NCBI GenBank assembly: GCA_963706245.1 | Contig: OY970151.1 | Span: 238,994 to 302,993 of the forward strand | Length of the DNA stretch: 64,000 bases | Direction: 5' to 3' | From: an uncultured Candidatus Saccharibacteria bacterium | GTDB taxonomy: Bacteria; Patescibacteriota; Saccharimonadia; Saccharimonadales; UBA4665 | In this document: piece after piece, positions 63,940-64,000 of the stretch | Layout: every line of letters starts with the position of its first letter | Position numbering within the stretch: position 1 is the stretch's first letter | Made by a program: the position numbers and the translations under genes | Notes under the pieces: generated by a model | What the model was told of the DNA's origin: nothing | The model's input: the letters and a program-made list of their open reading frames with translations, nothing else | The model's database searches: none

Positions 63940-64000
63940 ACACGACCAATCATAAGCAAACCGATCTAGCTGAACATGCCCAAGACTTAACTGAAGTCAT
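63918..64000 (+). CDS. virB4: VirB4-like ATPase, continuation in shifted frame (runs off the window)
   Basis: KINPFDLNTTNHKQTDLAEHAQDLTEV. INPFDL is the conserved VirB4 motif after Walker A. Confidence 0.7.

Overview
This is about 43% GC, gene-dense bacterial DNA with many 4-nt ATGA gene overlaps. I saw no rRNA, tRNA or CRISPR. All product calls come from motif recognition by eye; no searches were run. The gene content suggests a reduced, Gram-positive-type, probably epibiotic bacterium (Saccharibacteria/Patescibacteria-like); this is inference. That content includes a CPR/Gram-positive type T4SS pilin operon, LPXTG-like sorting signals, an Rpf-like muralytic protein and few biosynthetic genes.

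Layout:
- 0-8.5 kb: glycosyltransferases, two ABC exporters and a stand-alone MprF-like DUF2156 domain.
- 9.3-13 kb: a crp-pgl-gnd-zwf oxidative pentose-phosphate operon with a CRP-type palindrome.
- 13-24 kb: mixed housekeeping, membrane and surface genes, plus a binding-protein/histidine-kinase pair.
- 24.15-26.55 kb: a GC-rich gene for a Pro/Thr-rich PKD-like secreted protein, bracketed by about 32-bp imperfect inverted repeats.
- 28-33 kb: an accessory stretch with a stand-alone FtsK-gamma protein, an AbrB/Doc toxin-antitoxin pair and an Rpf-like protein.
- 34-47.5 kb: a surface block. It holds a BNR propeller, a GT2-GT39 fusion, a roughly 1170-aa CBM/Ig/CE4-deacetylase protein, a three-gene paralog family and a collagen-like GXY protein.
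- 57-60 kb: six diverged paralogous small acidic proteins, each with a near-leaderless promoter.
- 60.3-64 kb: a pilin/VirB6/VirB3/VirB4-like T4SS operon directly after that array.

At least five genes are broken by single-nucleotide frame shifts, mostly in short homopolymers. These are either assembly errors or real pseudogenes.

The most interesting candidates are the paralog array together with the T4SS, and the inverted-repeat-flanked GC-rich cassette.
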